Of a DNA stretch of 64,000 nt, positions 61,901 to 64,000 are shown in pieces. Numbering within the stretch: the stretch's first letter is position 1; each line of letters opens with the position of its first letter. Origin of the DNA: Diadema antillarum. Its lineage: Eukaryota. Location of the stretch: contig NW_027270941.1 in NCBI RefSeq assembly GCF_040938485.1, forward strand, positions 620,001-684,000. The letters are read 5' to 3'. Under the pieces are notes generated by a model. It saw only the letters and a list, made by a program, of their open reading frames with translations, was not told where the DNA came from and did no database searches. The position numbers were made by a program, and so were the translations under genes.

Positions 61901-64000
61901 ATTGGGAATTCATGAGAGTTCGTGCTCTTCTGTTACTCAGCATGTTAGTCCTCGAAAAGATCTATCAATGATAGTCTGTAAATATATTGCGTCGAGATGA
62001 AACATACACACCAACACACATTATACCAAGAACAACTCAAAACGAAAATGAACAGCTTGGATTTAAACTAGCTTTATGGTATGTATACTATATCATTAAA
62101 AGTCTGAGCTACTTCTTTATCATGAGCATACTCAGTAAGTTACTTTATCATCGTGACAAATTCATGTGCCATCATTTCGAGGCAAAATGATAGACTTGAG
62201 CCAGTTTATTTTTTTCCCATCGATATAGAAAAAAAAAACACTCAAACGAGAGAAAATCTAGATGGGAAGGAGGAACATTTTTTGAGTTAATACAAACTAT
62301 GAATAGCGGAGAAAACGTGATTCTTGAGGTAAGTTTGAATAATGTTACTCATTACAACGTTAAGACGTTGGCGTCTTAACCTTGGTTGCCTTGACAATCC
62401 AACTTTAGACGCGCACGGATAATTTGGCAAGGGTCCTGCTGATGCAAATCTCCCTCTCCCTCTCTCTCTGTCTTTTCTTTCTAGTTGTCCTTCTCCCTGT
62501 TTGTCTGTTTGTCTGTATGTTTGTCTGTCTGTCTTATACCTGTCGCTGCCATTCTTTCTTCCCGTTGTTTCTTCGAGCGTGAACGACCCGAGTGAGTTCG
62601 TCGGTATCGTGAGTGGATGCAGGAAGTTTAGGTTCGGTACTCGGGGACCTGACTCACCAATGTTTGAGATCAAGCGTCGAGAAAGTGACGCAGAGAGACA
62701 CGAAACTGCACGGGTCTCTTGTCCAGACCTAGACCTATATTGGTGACATTGTATCCGATACATTTCTTCGTATATCATGTTTAAAACTTGCGTTTCTGAA
62801 GCAGAGAAGGCAAGGGTTGCATTTTTGACATTTCTATTAGGAATAAGCTTGCATGCTGTTTTCTTTAATTCATTTTGTTGTTGTTGTCAGGCCATCATCA
62901 TACATAATCAATGTCGATAACAGCAACGTCAGTATGTTGCCTTGCAAATTTGATCTGCAGCGGCGAGATAAAAACAAAGTATGTGATGTCTGTTATGTGA
63001 ATGACGTTTGGTCTGTAGAGCTGGGGTAGGGATTTGGGAAGTGGTTATCAATTAGCGAGGTGTAGATTGTTTGCTGACGTCGCTTCCCACGAATGGGAAC
63101 ATTTTGGAAAGCAATGAAAGGAATAATTACGTCGTCCGCTCAAGTCGAGACTTTAGAGCGAGTTAACGCTCCTGCCCCCCTTTAGCCATGTGTAACTTTC
63201 CAAGTGCATCGCTCTCGGCTCGTGTTTGCGGAGACAAAAATCATTAGACAAGTATATCGTGCATAAGGTAGCGGTCTTTATCCTGAGTGCCCCCGGCAAC
63301 ACAAAGGAATTCGAAGCATATTGATTTTGAAGTTTCAAACATTTATATTGTCGCGCAGTTCAGGCACTTGCTCTCCGGCACTTGCCCCTGACTTTGGTTA
63401 CATAAAGGATCTGTGTTATATATTTTCGCGTCGTTGCAAAAATGGACATACCAGACATTCCCGAGTTACCGGATATATTCAAAGGAAACTCAAGACCATG
63501 TGAGTATATTGGTCGATTTTTTTTTCACGCATGCATTCATTTACTGTGTTGAACATAAAGTTACATTTCATTTCATTTATTCATTTTCATTTTCAACAAA
63601 GAATATAAATGCATGAAACATATATCATGAAAAATATATATATTCTTCAAATATCGAAAAATTATATAAGCACACAATTATCGTGAAGCCAAGAATTTAC
63701 TAAATAATGTTGAAAATAAGGGGAAGCAACAAAAGCGCAGCTTGTAATGTGCGTTCCCATCAAAACTATTATTAGTAAGGGGCAGAAACAAGCTGATTCC
63801 TTGTTATGACCTTGTTCTTCTATTGTGCTTGTCCAAAATCACATACCTTCGGCAGTGTCCAGATATTTACAAACATGGTAACATCTACAGATAGGTTTAA
63901 ACATGTATTTCGATGAACCATTATCAGTTGTATTTAGATTTATGTGCGCATAAGACCCTGCAGCATGAAAAGATGTGATCAAACGTAAGTCAGAAAATCA

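Overview
AT-rich eukaryotic (metazoan) genomic DNA, not prokaryotic. The repeat families and gene types suggest a marine invertebrate deuterostome, probably a sea urchin (inference only). Four protein-coding genes can be built by eye, all on the + strand: a single-exon class A GPCR (12001-12978), a 4-exon MADF/Myb-SANT + BESS-like protein (22108-27857), a 5-exon RDH8/HSD17B1-like short-chain dehydrogenase (36200-40567) and a 4-coding-exon DNAJB9/ERdj4 orthologue (45199-51061). The rest is a dense transposon landscape: a near full-length degenerate L2/CR1-group LINE, L1/Tx1 and L2 fragments, a tRNA-derived SINE, Helentron-associated (DINE-1-like) elements, and many MITEs with readable TIRs and TSDs (piggyBac-like TTAA, Kolobok-like TTAA, Harbinger-like TTA and CWG, Tc1/pogo-like TA). 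There are two assembly gaps. No CRISPR array, rRNA or intact tRNA gene is seen. Main leads: (1) a transposase-less MADF-BESS gene inside a cluster of Harbinger-type MITEs; (2) a signal-peptide-like ORF in frame with the GPCR and separated from it by one TAG; (3) possible exons of an unrecognised minus-strand gene at 52.8-62.7 kb, including a well-bounded 132-nt exon whose best frame is broken only by one TGA; (4) a nested three-element transposon stack at 53.9-55.1 kb. All exon joins, alignments and family calls were made manually, with no database searches.
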